A DNA stretch of 64,000 nt from Bacteroidota bacterium (GTDB taxonomy: Bacteria; Bacteroidota; Bacteroidia; Palsa-965), in the NCBI GenBank assembly GCA_013298545.1, contig JAAFIA010000014.1:32-64031 (forward strand). The letters run 5' to 3'. Shown here in pieces: positions 37,446 to 47,781 of this stretch. Position 1 is the first letter of the stretch. Each line of letters starts with the position of its first letter. The notes beneath the pieces are model-generated. The model worked only from the letters and a program-made list of their open reading frames with translations, had not been told where the DNA came from and did no database searches. The position numbers were made by a program, and so were the translations under genes.

Positions 37446-40400
37446 TTAATTGAGGATAACCAGCTTTTCATACCGCTCAGCTGTTTTTCCATCGGTAGAA
37501 CGTACAAACACCCGATAAACGTAAACACCCCGTCCGATATTGTCCCCATAGTCATCTTTTCCATCCCATTCGATCGGATCGGAGCGATAACCTGCCGTAT
37601 GAACACGCTGATTGATGGTTTTTACGAGCTTGCCCGAAGTTGTAAAGATCTGAATTTGAGTGTCATACTCTTCGCATTGCTGGTTGTGTTCAAAAAAGAA
37701 GGAAGTTTTGGTCGTGAATGGATTAGGATAATTTAAAACATGCTCCAAAGCCAAATTGGCCGATTCCGAAACCACAAACTCGGTTGTAGTCTTGGACGAA
37801 TTGTTGTAAACATCCCAAACTTTCAGACTTAAGGTATGTGTTCCCGGAGCAAGTTTGTCGAACGGATAAATGATTTTTCCGCTTTTGTAACTGTTCAAAT
37901 CGGCTTGGTAATAATCATTGAGCACAATTGCATTGTCTGTCTCTTCGTCCAAAATCGCTACAATATCGTGGCCAATGCCATTGCCAACCGTATTGACACC
38001 ATTGCTGTCAACAATTACCGCATACAATTTTGGCGACTCATCCGTAATGCCACCCGAAACAAAGTTGCTGTCGTTCATGTACAATTTCACTTGCGGACCA
38101 GTAACATCTACAGGCGCATTCGTCGATGTTCCGCCTACAACAAGTTTTTCATAATTGCCGTGTGCATCGGTTATACCATTATCGGCATAATAACTGATTC
38201 GGCCTGGGCCATACTGAAACGCAATATCGCGCGGGACAACAAAACTGAAGGTAAATTGACCGTTTACCGCTGTTACTTTTCCACGATAAAGAATACTTTT
38301 CTGAAGTTGATAGGTAAAGGGAAGATTTGGCGGATCATTGGCAAGTGTTACAATGGTTGTTGGTTTGTCGAAAACGGTTGGGTAAACAACACCATTAAAA
38401 CCAGACATGATATTTCCGGCTGTATCCGCCACATAACCACTTACGGTAATCACGTTCAAGGCGCGCAGCGTATCTGACGAGGTTTGCGTCAGCGGAACAT
38501 TGTTGATGTGCGTGGTAATGACTTCGTTTTGCGGATAATTCAGTTTCAACGCCGGATCACCGAGCAAGGTGAAGTTGCGGTTGTTTGTACTGTTTCCACT
38601 TGTGTTTTTGGTAATGCGGTAAATATCGCCAACAGCTGGCATTTCGCCATTGATAGGCTTAAACGCACATTTATAAAAATTGGTATTTAAAATAAAGTTT
38701 GGTGTTGAATAAACCAGTCGAACCGTAGTAAACAAACCAATACCACCACCATTGGCATTCAATAAAACATATTCGCCAGCAGAGGTACGACCGGGATCAT
38801 CAAAACGACTAAATTCACACGTTGCTGTTACAAACAAAGGAAGGTTGCAGAGATTGGTCCATCCATTGATTTGAGGTACATCGATCACGCGTTCGTGCGC
38901 AAGACCCACTTCGCCACCATGCCCAGTATAATTCATAATCAAGCACCCTTTGGCAATACGACGATCAATAGCTTCGGTTACGCCAGGATAACGCTCGCCG
39001 CCAGGCGTTTGTTCTTGCTGATACGCATCGAAAAAGATTTTATCAATGTTGTAATTATCGTAAGCCGTATCAACATACGTCGCTAAATCATCCGATTGAT
39101 CCATGTGAATATCAGCATCCTCATCATCGCCAATAAAGGACAACCAGTTGCGCCATTCGCCACCATTCGCACATTGGTCAGCACTACATGAACTTGGATC
39201 TAAAACAGGTGCCGTACGCTGTGTATAACGTCTGATTTTGTTGATGATGGCCCCCGCTTCTTCCCGTGTTCGTGTTGGGAAGCGACCAATTCCAACATCT
39301 ACATAACCCACGTCGCTTCCACCATCCCACGTGCCAACATCATCTAACAACCCATAAAATTCGTCAGAAACATACGACTCTGTTGGCCCGAGCGAATTGT
39401 AGTTTTGGAATGTAGGAATGTAATTCGAGTTGCCTGACAAACGGCTTTTGTTATCGTACGAACCATCGCCAAACAACAACAAATAGCGCGGCATCGAATC
39501 GGGATCATTTGTCTTGAAGTAAAGCATCCGCACAAAATCGCGAATGGCCGTTACATCTTGCATGCCCGAGGAAAACTCATTGTAAATCTGTTGCGGCGTT
39601 ACAATCACGGACGACAAGCCATTGATGTCGGCATGAATCTGCGCCAGTTCGGAGGCCTCCTGAAGAAATAAAGGATGCGCAACAATAATGTAATCTACCG
39701 GATTTAACCCGTGCAAATTTTGATTGGCAACCGAACCTTTTGCCGAAGGCGTGTAAAAGAGAGTGCCGTCAAAAGCAACAAACTCCCGCATCGAATCGGT
39801 AGCCAATGTCCATAAATAATTGCCATTGCTGCTCGTTACGTTTTGTTGCGCCACATTGGCCAAGTCTGTTACATCCCAAACAATTGTTCCTGATCCGGCA
39901 GCCGTGAGCGTGAATGCTGCAACATTTCCGGTTCCAGCACTTTGCTCATCGCGGAAAAGAAGTTGCCCTGCAACCATGCGCAATTGCCGACGTACATTCA
40001 CTTCAATATAATTCAACCAACCAATTGCCCCGCTTTGGTTGCGCGAAACATTGACCGAAATAACCGAACCAGTTGGTGCAAAAGTAAGTTGCGTATTGGC
40101 TGGCGCAGCATACGGGCTATAATACGAATTGACTTGTGAAAACGGAACGGTAACCGTGCCGCTTGCCGCTTGTGCTGTAACGCTATAAGTATGTTGCGCT
40201 TCGTAGCGTGAAATCATATCCACTTTTACCCAAGCGTTTGTCGAAAGATCAATGTTGGGGAAGCTAAATCCAAAACTGTATTGGGCAATGATGTTGAACT
40301 CTTCGCCATACCATTCGCGGCCCGATTTAATCAAGTTTGTATTGTCCGATTCATGGTATTGAAAATCATCAAACGAAACAACCGAATGCGTAGGCGTTTG

Positions 40401-41360
40401 CGATGATGTGGCTTGCAAGGCAACACGCTTGCCGGCACCTAAGTCGATGTTGATGAAATAAAACGCCGTGTCGCTGTATTGATGAACTTGATGGTAAAAA
40501 CGATTGGTGGTCGTGTTGTATTTCCAAACATGCGGCGAGAGGGCATAAAACAAAACATAATCCGATTCATCAAAAACACCATCGTTCTCACCTTGCACGT
40601 AAATTGCATGTTCGAGCAAATCATCCGCATGCGCCAAGTTGTTATTGAACGATAGCATGCCGCGACCGTTTGCATAAATACGAATATTGCGTGGATCAAC
40701 ACTCGCTACATCAACGCCGAGATTTTCAAAAAAAGCACGATCCATTTTATGAACGCCCGTGCGGGTTGTGCCTACGCGAAACCAAGTGCCCGTTGCCAAA
40801 ACAGAGCCATTCGCAAATGCCGGACTTACAGGCGCATTTCGATTGGGGTTATTGGTTGGTGTAAGTTGAACATCAAAACGAACCAAACGCTCAACGAGGC
40901 CAGTTGACGGATTTCGACGCAGTGGAATAAAATTTATTTCCGCATAAGGAACACGACGCTCATAGCTAATCGATACAATTGGAGTGATGGCTGTTTCCAA
41001 GGCACCTGCTGAAAAACCAAGAACTTGGAGGCTGGTACGATCCAAGTTTTCAAAAACCGGATTCAGCAAATTGACATTGGCATCGGTTGTGCCAACTGGA
41101 ACACGAATGCGTTCGTGATAAAGCGGCAAAAAATTGGTTTGAGGATCGTAATTGGCCCCTTCAAAGGTTAAAAAAGTGCGTTTTTCAGTCTCCGTATAGT
41201 TTGTCGTTTCTGGTTGGCCCCAAGCAATTGTACGGGAATTAGGGGCAGCAAAACGCGAATTGCTTTGAGCTTGTAAAGGAGAAATGCCTACAAAAACAAC
41301 AAAAAGTGGAAGTAGAAATAAGGCAAAGGAGGCGTTTTTGAATTTCATGGAGCGGTACAT
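37446..41360 (-). CDS. porU: T9SS C-terminal signal peptidase (sortase) PorU, gingipain-like C25 peptidase family
   Basis: 1304 aa with signal peptide; C25-like catalytic H (NYTGHGGEVG) and C (FVTATCEFSRFDD); porU-porV synteny as in Flavobacterium. Confidence 0.7.
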   Translation of the reverse strand: MYRSMKFKNASFALFLLPLFVVFVGISPLQAQSNSRFAAPNSRTIAWGQPETTNYTETEKRTFLTFEGANYDPQTNFLPLYHERIRVPVGTTDANVNLLNPVFENLDRTSLQVLGFSAGALETAITPIVSISYERRVPYAEINFIPLRRNPSTGLVERLVRFDVQLTPTNNPNRNAPVSPAFANGSVLATGTWFRVGTTRTGVHKMDRAFFENLGVDVASVDPRNIRIYANGRGMLSFNNNLAHADDLLEHAIYVQGENDGVFDESDYVLFYALSPHVWKYNTTTNRFYHQVHQYSDTAFYFINIDLGAGKRVALQATSSQTPTHSVVSFDDFQYHESDNTNLIKSGREWYGEEFNIIAQYSFGFSFPNIDLSTNAWVKVDMISRYEAQHTYSVTAQAASGTVTVPFSQVNSYYSPYAAPANTQLTFAPTGSVISVNVSRNQSGAIGWLNYIEVNVRRQLRMVAGQLLFRDEQSAGTGNVAAFTLTAAGSGTIVWDVTDLANVAQQNVTSSNGNYLWTLATDSMREFVAFDGTLFYTPSAKGSVANQNLHGLNPVDYIIVAHPLFLQEASELAQIHADINGLSSVIVTPQQIYNEFSSGMQDVTAIRDFVRMLYFKTNDPDSMPRYLLLFGDGSYDNKSRLSGNSNYIPTFQNYNSLGPTESYVSDEFYGLLDDVGTWDGGSDVGYVDVGIGRFPTRTREEAGAIINKIRRYTQRTAPVLDPSSCSADQCANGGEWRNWLSFIGDDEDADIHMDQSDDLATYVDTAYDNYNIDKIFFDAYQQEQTPGGERYPGVTEAIDRRIAKGCLIMNYTGHGGEVGLAHERVIDVPQINGWTNLCNLPLFVTATCEFSRFDDPGRTSAGEYVLLNANGGGIGLFTTVRLVYSTPNFILNTNFYKCAFKPINGEMPAVGDIYRITKNTSGNSTNNRNFTLLGDPALKLNYPQNEVITTHINNVPLTQTSSDTLRALNVITVSGYVADTAGNIMSGFNGVVYPTVFDKPTTIVTLANDPPNLPFTYQLQKSILYRGKVTAVNGQFTFSFVVPRDIAFQYGPGRISYYADNGITDAHGNYEKLVVGGTSTNAPVDVTGPQVKLYMNDSNFVSGGITDESPKLYAVIVDSNGVNTVGNGIGHDIVAILDEETDNAIVLNDYYQADLNSYKSGKIIYPFDKLAPGTHTLSLKVWDVYNNSSKTTTEFVVSESANLALEHVLNYPNPFTTKTSFFFEHNQQCEEYDTQIQIFTTSGKLVKTINQRVHTAGYRSDPIEWDGKDDYGDNIGRGVYVYRVFVRSTDGKTAERYEKLVILN

Positions 41361-41587
41361 TTTTTAGATTCTCAAAGATAGTAAACAACTTAGAAACGTT
41401 TTTTTCTTTTTGAAATTTGGATTTCTTGAGAAAATAATTCTACATTTGTTAATAACGTTTGTTGGTTGTTAGTAATTTAGCGGCTGAAAAACGTTCGGCA
41501 AACACCAATTATTGCCTGAACGGTTGAAAAAATGCAACCGATTCAGTAAGAAATGCGTATCATTGTATCTTAACTAATCTTCAGAAT

Positions 41588-42544
41588 ATGCTGAAGCGTC
41601 TGTTTATCGCCTTCGGGCTAGTGATTTGTGCCGGGTTTTCGGAGAACCTGTATGCGCAAGATCCAGAATTTACGCAGTTTTATGCGAACCCGTTGTACCT
41701 CAATCCTGCTTTCGCAGGAACGGCACGCTGTCCGCGCATCTGCATGAATTACCGTAACCAATGGCCCGGAATTTCTGGAACATTCGTTACTTACAGTGCT
41801 TCTTACGATCAACACATCGACGGTATTGCTGGCGGTGTGGGTCTTTTGTTTACAAATGACCGTGCCGGACAAGCAACCATCAATACCACCAACATCAGCG
41901 GTATGTATTCCTACCAACTCAACATCACACGTGAGTTTTCGATGAAATTTGGTATTCAAGCTACATACGCTCAGAAAAGTGTGGATTGGAGCAAACTCAA
42001 TTTTGGCGATATGATTGATCCACGTCGTGGATTTATCTACAACACCAACGAGGTTCCAAACGTTACCAGCCGCAGCAATGTCGATATTTCGACAGGTATT
42101 TTGGGGTATAGCCGCCGTTACTTCTTCGGTTTTGCTTGGCACCACATTACACAGCCTGACGAAGGATTCTTGGGTGTTTCCAAACTTCCTTCCAAATACA
42201 CTGGCCACGCGGGTATGGTTATTCCAATTGGTGGTCGTTATGGCGAATCAAGTTTCTCGCCAAATGTGCTTTTCCAAAAACAACAAGACTTTCAACAACT
42301 CAATCTCGGTATGTACTTTACCAAAGGGCCACTCGTTGGTGGTGCTTGGTATCGTGGCCGCGACTCCTTTATTCTGCTCGTCGGATTTCAGCAGGATTTA
42401 TTCAAACTTGGATATAGTTATGACTTAACTGTTTCCAAACTGACCAATGCTACGGCAGGTTCACACGAGCTTTCTTTCCAGATGCAGTTCGAGTGTAAAC
42501 CTAAAAAGAAGAAATTCCGTACCGTTAGCTGTCCATCATTTTAA
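41588..42544 (+). CDS. T9SS membrane protein, PorP/SprF family
   Basis: Characteristic N-terminus AQDPEFTQFYANPLYLNPAFAG; 318 aa. Confidence 0.8.
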   Translation: MLKRLFIAFGLVICAGFSENLYAQDPEFTQFYANPLYLNPAFAGTARCPRICMNYRNQWPGISGTFVTYSASYDQHIDGIAGGVGLLFTNDRAGQATINTTNISGMYSYQLNITREFSMKFGIQATYAQKSVDWSKLNFGDMIDPRRGFIYNTNEVPNVTSRSNVDISTGILGYSRRYFFGFAWHHITQPDEGFLGVSKLPSKYTGHAGMVIPIGGRYGESSFSPNVLFQKQQDFQQLNLGMYFTKGPLVGGAWYRGRDSFILLVGFQQDLFKLGYSYDLTVSKLTNATAGSHELSFQMQFECKPKKKKFRTVSCPSF

Positions 42545-42624
42545 TAAACTGTATAATAAGCAAGGGAAAACAAGCGTTATACATTCAATCAAACCAAGGG
42601 AAACTACTACCAACACCTCAAATC

Positions 42625-44154
42625 ATGAAGAAAGCTGTCAAGCCGTTGGCCCTCGTCGCATGCCTCGCACTTCTCGCATCTTGCCAGAAAGAGCGCTCTA
42701 GCACGACCGGCTGGAACTACAACGACCCTGACAATGGCGGATTCGAAGTTGTACCCTACGAAGAGCAAGAAACCGGTCCCGGTCTCGTACTCGTCGAAGC
42801 TGGTACATTTACGATGGGCCGTGTAGAACAGGATGTAACTTACGACTGGAACAACGTTCCACGCCGCGTTACCGTCTCCTCATTTTATATGGACGAAACA
42901 GAAGTCCGTAACCTCGATTACCTCGAGTATCTTTATTGGACAGCCCGCGTTTTTGGAGCTGATTATCCAGAAATATTCACACAGGCTTTGCCTGATACGC
43001 TCGTTTGGCGCTCGAAACTCGCCTTCAACGAACCGTATGTCGAATACTACCTGCGTCACCCATCTTACCGCGATTATCCGGTTGTTGGTGTTAATTGGTT
43101 ACAAGCTACAAACTACTGCAGCTGGCGTACCGACCGCGTAAACGAATTTATCCTCATTCGTGAAGGTATTCTCGATTTTGCGCCCGATCAGGTAAACGAC
43201 CAAACATTCAATACCGATCACTACCTCGCTGGTTTAAAAGCGAACGTTCCTTATGTAGGAAACGTAATTCAGGATGTCCCTTCGCTCAATCCTACCGGTC
43301 CAGAAACCCGTATGGTACGCATGGAAGACGGAATCCTGTTGCCGAAATACCGCCTCCCAACCGAAGCGGAATGGGAATATGCGGCTTTCGGTCTCATCGG
43401 AAATACCATCGGCGAACGTATCACCGACCGCCGCCTTTATCCTTGGAACGGACACGCAGTGCGTAACCCTGATGAAGAATACATCGGTCAAATGCTTGCC
43501 AACTACAAACGTAGTAATGGTGACAACATGGGTACTGCTGGTTACTTGAACGATGCTGGTGATATCACCACTCCCGTGTATTCATACTGGCCAAACGATT
43601 ACGGTCTGTACAACATGGCTGGCAACGTTTCGGAATGGGTAATGGACGTTTATCGTCCGCTCTCATTGACTGACAACGACGACTTCCGTGCATATCGTGG
43701 TAACGTTTTCAAAACAGCGATGAAAGATCCTAGCGATGCTACATTGACTTATGTTGAAGATTCTGTTCGTTACGATAACGATTCAAACATCATCAGCATT
43801 CCTGGTGCTATTCGTTACCGCAATGTTGATTTGGCTTACAAAGAAGACAAACTCGACAAACGCCGCAACTACAAACAGTCTGATAACATCAACTACAAAG
43901 ACGGTGATGGTTTATCTTCTGTTTATTACACAGATCCTGCTGGTATTAGCGCAAACAAACTCATGTATGAGTGGGGTGCTACCTCGTTGATCAACGACAA
44001 AGCTCACGTTTACAAAGGAGCTTCTTGGAAAGATCGTGCTTACTGGATGGTTCCTGGTACACGTCGTTTCTTGGATCGTCAGCAATCAACAGACTTTATT
44101 GGTTTCCGTTGCGCGATGACACGCGTAGGAAGTCCGACTGGTTTGGGTAAATAA
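42625..44154 (+). CDS. gldJ: Gliding motility lipoprotein GldJ (FGE-sulfatase/SUMF1-like domain)
   Basis: Lipobox LLASC. SUMF1-like domain (VVGVNWLQATNYCSWRTDR, MAGNVSEWV, YRGASWKD). The murF gene immediately downstream matches the Flavobacterium gldJ-murF arrangement. About 510 aa is also compatible with a GldK paralog. Confidence 0.65.
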   Translation: MKKAVKPLALVACLALLASCQKERSSTTGWNYNDPDNGGFEVVPYEEQETGPGLVLVEAGTFTMGRVEQDVTYDWNNVPRRVTVSSFYMDETEVRNLDYLEYLYWTARVFGADYPEIFTQALPDTLVWRSKLAFNEPYVEYYLRHPSYRDYPVVGVNWLQATNYCSWRTDRVNEFILIREGILDFAPDQVNDQTFNTDHYLAGLKANVPYVGNVIQDVPSLNPTGPETRMVRMEDGILLPKYRLPTEAEWEYAAFGLIGNTIGERITDRRLYPWNGHAVRNPDEEYIGQMLANYKRSNGDNMGTAGYLNDAGDITTPVYSYWPNDYGLYNMAGNVSEWVMDVYRPLSLTDNDDFRAYRGNVFKTAMKDPSDATLTYVEDSVRYDNDSNIISIPGAIRYRNVDLAYKEDKLDKRRNYKQSDNINYKDGDGLSSVYYTDPAGISANKLMYEWGATSLINDKAHVYKGASWKDRAYWMVPGTRRFLDRQQSTDFIGFRCAMTRVGSPTGLGK

Positions 44155-44179
44155 AATTTCAATCCATTTCGATGCTATC

Positions 44180-44218
44180 GAACGCCTCAAGTGAGTAACT
44201 TGGGGCGTTCATTTTTTT
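44180..44218 (+). terminator. Hairpin plus T-run after gldJ (possible attenuator/terminator before murF)
   Basis: gaacgcc ... ggcgttc followed by atttttttt. Confidence 0.4.
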
Positions 44219-45514
44219 ATGCATACATCGACCGAAACACTTTACGCACATTTTCTGCAACATCCGCAGGTGTGCACCGATACGCGCAACATCATTGCCG
44301 GAGGAATATTTTTCGCTCTCAAAGGCGGAAATTTTAATGGAAACGCATTTGCTGCCGAAGCACTCGAAAAAGGTGCAGCCTATTGTGTTGTCGATGAAGC
44401 TAACTACGCTACTGACTCGCGTTGTTTGTTGGTGGACGATGTATTAACGGCCTTGCAACAAGTAGCACGGCATCATCGTCGTCAAATGCCAGCGAAAATT
44501 TTTGCGCTGACCGGAAGCAATGGAAAAACCACAACAAAAGAATTGCTTGCGCGCGTGCTGGCACAGAAATTTAAGACACATGCTACTACGGGAAATTTGA
44601 ATAACCACATTGGTGTACCCTTGACTTTGTTGGCGTTGAAACCGGAGCATGAAATTGCCGTTGTTGAAATGGGTGCGAACCACCAACAAGAAATTGCGGA
44701 TTTATGTGCCATCGCAGAGCCGGATTATGGATTGATTACGAATGTTGGCTTGGCGCATCTCGAAGGATTTGGCGGACCAGAAGGGGTGTTGAAAGGAAAA
44801 ACAGAAATGTATGATGCCTTGCGCAAACGCAATGGGCTTGTTTTGGTCTTGGCCGATGATGCGCGTTTGATTCAACGCTCAGAGGGAATGACACGCGTTT
44901 TTTATGGAACATCGGATGCCGCCGAATTAAAAGGTGTTTTGTTGGATGCAACGCCGTTTGTACAGTTTTCGTGGTCGTGGCAAAACAAGACTTATAACGT
45001 GGATACAAAAATGGTAGGCACGTACAATTTTCCAAACATGTTGGCTGCTGCAACGGCAGGAATTGTGTTGGGCGTAACACCCGAAAAAATTTCGGAAGCC
45101 TTGGCTGCGTACGTTCCTGCAAACAGTCGTTCGCAATTGATTGAGAAAAACGGAAATACGATTTTGTTAGATGCGTACAATGCAAACCCTTCGAGCATGA
45201 CTGCGGCGATCATTAATTTTTCGCAGATGGAAGCGGAGCATAAATTTTTGATTTTAGGCGATATGTTTGAACTCGGCGATCAAGCTGCAGCAGAACATCA
45301 ACGCGTGGTAGATTTACTCGCCGCACAAAAATTGAACCGTGTGATTTTGGCCGGAAAAAATTTCGCTGCAACAACCGATTCGTTTGGTGCCATACGTGTT
45401 GACGATGCGCCTCAAGCTGCTGCATGGCTAAAAGAACATCCGCAAACAAATACCTTGATGTTGATCAAAGGCTCACGCGGCATGAAATTGGAATTGGTTC
45501 TGGAGGCGATTTGA
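44219..45514 (+). CDS. murF: UDP-N-acetylmuramoyl-tripeptide--D-alanyl-D-alanine ligase
   Basis: Mur ligase P-loop ALTGSNGKTTTKEL; 431 aa. Confidence 0.85.
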   Translation: MHTSTETLYAHFLQHPQVCTDTRNIIAGGIFFALKGGNFNGNAFAAEALEKGAAYCVVDEANYATDSRCLLVDDVLTALQQVARHHRRQMPAKIFALTGSNGKTTTKELLARVLAQKFKTHATTGNLNNHIGVPLTLLALKPEHEIAVVEMGANHQQEIADLCAIAEPDYGLITNVGLAHLEGFGGPEGVLKGKTEMYDALRKRNGLVLVLADDARLIQRSEGMTRVFYGTSDAAELKGVLLDATPFVQFSWSWQNKTYNVDTKMVGTYNFPNMLAAATAGIVLGVTPEKISEALAAYVPANSRSQLIEKNGNTILLDAYNANPSSMTAAIINFSQMEAEHKFLILGDMFELGDQAAAEHQRVVDLLAAQKLNRVILAGKNFAATTDSFGAIRVDDAPQAAAWLKEHPQTNTLMLIKGSRGMKLELVLEAI

Positions 45515-45617
45515 AAAAACGTATGAACAAGGAAAATACGTTCAAAATACTCAGACGTATTTGTCAAACAGAGAGGGATATTGGATGTAATCTTATGGAA
45601 CAAAGCTTCGCATAAGG

Positions 45618-46256
45618 TTAAAATTTAATTTCTTTCGGCACGTTAAAAACAGTAGTATCTATTTTTGCATTTTCTTCAAAGCGCACAAGTTTGGATGTCG
45701 TTACATCGTTATCGAATTTTAGTTGAACCTGAAGCGTAATGCCTTTATAGAGAAATGTACGGCTCTCCATTCTACTGCCTTCGCGCCCCCAAACAGCACA
45801 AGTGTAATCGCCCACTTTTTCTTCACGCATTTTTGTACAACCCATCATTGTCATTTTTCGTTCCTCTAGAAAAAGAGAATCGTCAGCGTTATTAATTGGT
45901 CTGTTCAATTTTGAGCCAATATTACTTGCCAAAGAAATGTCATACTCGATTGCGCCGTCATTGATTAGCAATTTGTACGGTGTGAACTTTTTGATGCCAA
46001 ATGTTTCATAAGTGTACATGGCCCTACGCATACCCCAATGGTCAAAGTATAAAATTTCTTTGGTTTTATCTTCGCCATGTATCACTTCCACAATACCCGA
46101 TTCAATGCCATATATATGCGCACCTTTATCTGTATTGGTTTCTTTTGCGATTGTGTTTAAGGCTATACTGTTTGTTATTGCATTGTGCGGAAGTTTGCTT
46201 TCTTCACAGGCCGAAAACAGAATTATTATTATACCGAATAGGATGATTTTTTTCAT
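45618..46256 (-). CDS. Hypothetical lipoprotein
   Basis: Signal peptide with lipobox LFSAC; moderately low GC (about 40%); no recognised family. Confidence 0.45.
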   Translation of the reverse strand: MKKIILFGIIIILFSACEESKLPHNAITNSIALNTIAKETNTDKGAHIYGIESGIVEVIHGEDKTKEILYFDHWGMRRAMYTYETFGIKKFTPYKLLINDGAIEYDISLASNIGSKLNRPINNADDSLFLEERKMTMMGCTKMREEKVGDYTCAVWGREGSRMESRTFLYKGITLQVQLKFDNDVTTSKLVRFEENAKIDTTVFNVPKEIKF

Positions 46257-46440
46257 TGGAGTAAGTTATATCGGATACAATGTACTTTTTATTACCATTC
46301 AAAGTCGATTGGTATCAGAAGGATGTAGGAAAAAAAGCTTGTATATTTTGATTTCGTATTTGTTTTATAAATGCTTGCGGCAAAATTGGTTATAGCGATG
46401 AGCGTTTTGATTTGAAATTGTGATACTATCCCTCACCCAC

Positions 46441-46481
46441 AAAAAAATCCCCGCCTCCTTTCAAAAGCGGGGATTTTTCAT
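46441..46481. terminator. Bidirectional rho-independent terminator
   Basis: aaaaaaatccccgcc tcctttcaaaa gcggggatttttc between convergent genes. Confidence 0.55.
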
Positions 46482-46496
46482 GAATTAAAAATTCAA

Positions 46497-47636
46497 TTAG
46501 CCCAACACGGTACGTGAAATAACAATCTTTTGTACTTCACTTGTGCCTTCATAGATCTGTGTGATTTTCGCGTCGCGCATCAAACGTTCTACGTGGTATT
46601 CTTTTACAAAGCCGTAACCGCCGTGAACCTGAACCGCTTCAACCGTTGTGTCCATAGCCACTTTGGAAGCGTATAATTTAGCCATAGAACTAGCCAAGGC
46701 ATAATCGCCATGAATATCTTTCAGCCAAGCCGCTTTCAAACAAAGCAAACGAGCCGCTTCAATTTGTGTCGCCATATCGGCTAGTTTAAAAGCAATGGCT
46801 TGGTGTTGCGAAATCGCTTTTCCAAATGCTTTACGCTCTTTCGAATACGCAAGTGCCAATTCATAAGCACCAGAGGCAATGCCGAGGGCTTGCGAAGCAA
46901 TACCAATACGGCCACCCGTAAGCGTCTTCATCGCAAACTTAAATCCAAAACCATCTTCGCCAATGCGGTTTGCTTTCGGAACTTTTACGTCTTGAAACAT
47001 CAAGGTATGTGTATCGGAAGCGCGGATGCCAAGTTTGTTTTCTTTGGCACCAATGATAAATCCGGGCATGCCTTTTTCAACGATCAAGGCATTGATTCCT
47101 TTATGTCCCTTATCGGCATCGGTTTGTGCAATGACCAAATACGTTGAAGCAGAACCACCGTTTGTAATCCAGTTTTTTGTTCCGTTTAGCAAGTAATGAT
47201 CGCCCATGTCAATCGCGGTGGTGCGTTGCGAGGTGGCATCAGATCCGGCTTCTGGTTCAGAAAGACAGAACGCGCCAATCTGTTCGCCTTTTGCGAGCGG
47301 AACGAGGTATTTCTGTTTTTGTTCTTCGTTGCCAAATTGTTCGAGACCCCAGCAAACGAGTGAATTGTTGACCGACATGATTACCGAGCATGACGCATCA
47401 ACTTTTGAAATTTCTTCCATCGCGAGCACGTACGAAATCGTGTCCATACCGCCGCCGCCATATTTGGGGTCAACCATCATGCCGAGGAATCCAAGCTCGC
47501 CCATTTTTTTGACTTGCTCAGTCGGAAATTTTTGAAGTTCGTCGCGTTCAATAACGCCGGGCTTGAGTTCGTTTTGAGCGAAGTCGCGCGCGGCTTGCTG
47601 GATCATGAGGTGTTCCTCGGAAAGTTCGAAATGCAT
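46497..47636 (-). CDS. Acyl-CoA dehydrogenase (short-chain/butyryl-CoA dehydrogenase-like)
   Basis: ATG at 47636 (MHFELSEEHLMIQQAARDFA...); ACAD motifs throughout (GFLGMMVDPKYGGGGMD, catalytic YEGTSEVQ near the C-terminus); about 379 aa. Confidence 0.85.
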   Translation of the reverse strand: MHFELSEEHLMIQQAARDFAQNELKPGVIERDELQKFPTEQVKKMGELGFLGMMVDPKYGGGGMDTISYVLAMEEISKVDASCSVIMSVNNSLVCWGLEQFGNEEQKQKYLVPLAKGEQIGAFCLSEPEAGSDATSQRTTAIDMGDHYLLNGTKNWITNGGSASTYLVIAQTDADKGHKGINALIVEKGMPGFIIGAKENKLGIRASDTHTLMFQDVKVPKANRIGEDGFGFKFAMKTLTGGRIGIASQALGIASGAYELALAYSKERKAFGKAISQHQAIAFKLADMATQIEAARLLCLKAAWLKDIHGDYALASSMAKLYASKVAMDTTVEAVQVHGGYGFVKEYHVERLMRDAKITQIYEGTSEVQKIVISRTVLG

Positions 47637-47781
47637 GGTGGTTGAATACAGATTAATTCGTGAACAATAGGTGGCAAATATAAGAGTTACAAACGACCCA
47701 AAGCGGAAAAAGAACCTTGTTTTCATGTTTTTTTCTGTTCCGAATGCCCGTAATTTGCACCACTCATTTGCACCTGAAATC

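Noticed and set aside
37836-38477. 213-aa plus-strand ORF inside porU
   Set aside because: Antisense, Ile/Arg/Cys-rich; porU reading frame is continuous and motif-bearing.
41618-42208. 196-aa minus ORF opposite porP/sprF
   Set aside because: The PorP/SprF N-terminal signature is on the plus strand; the minus ORF has no support.
44736-45185. 149-aa minus ORF (and several 60-80-aa ORFs) within murF
   Set aside because: Antisense to murF with its clear Mur ligase P-loop.
47177-47535. Plus-strand ORFs of 64 and 109 aa inside the acyl-CoA dehydrogenase gene
   Set aside because: Antisense, Pro/Ser/Cys-rich; ACAD motifs are unambiguous on the minus strand.
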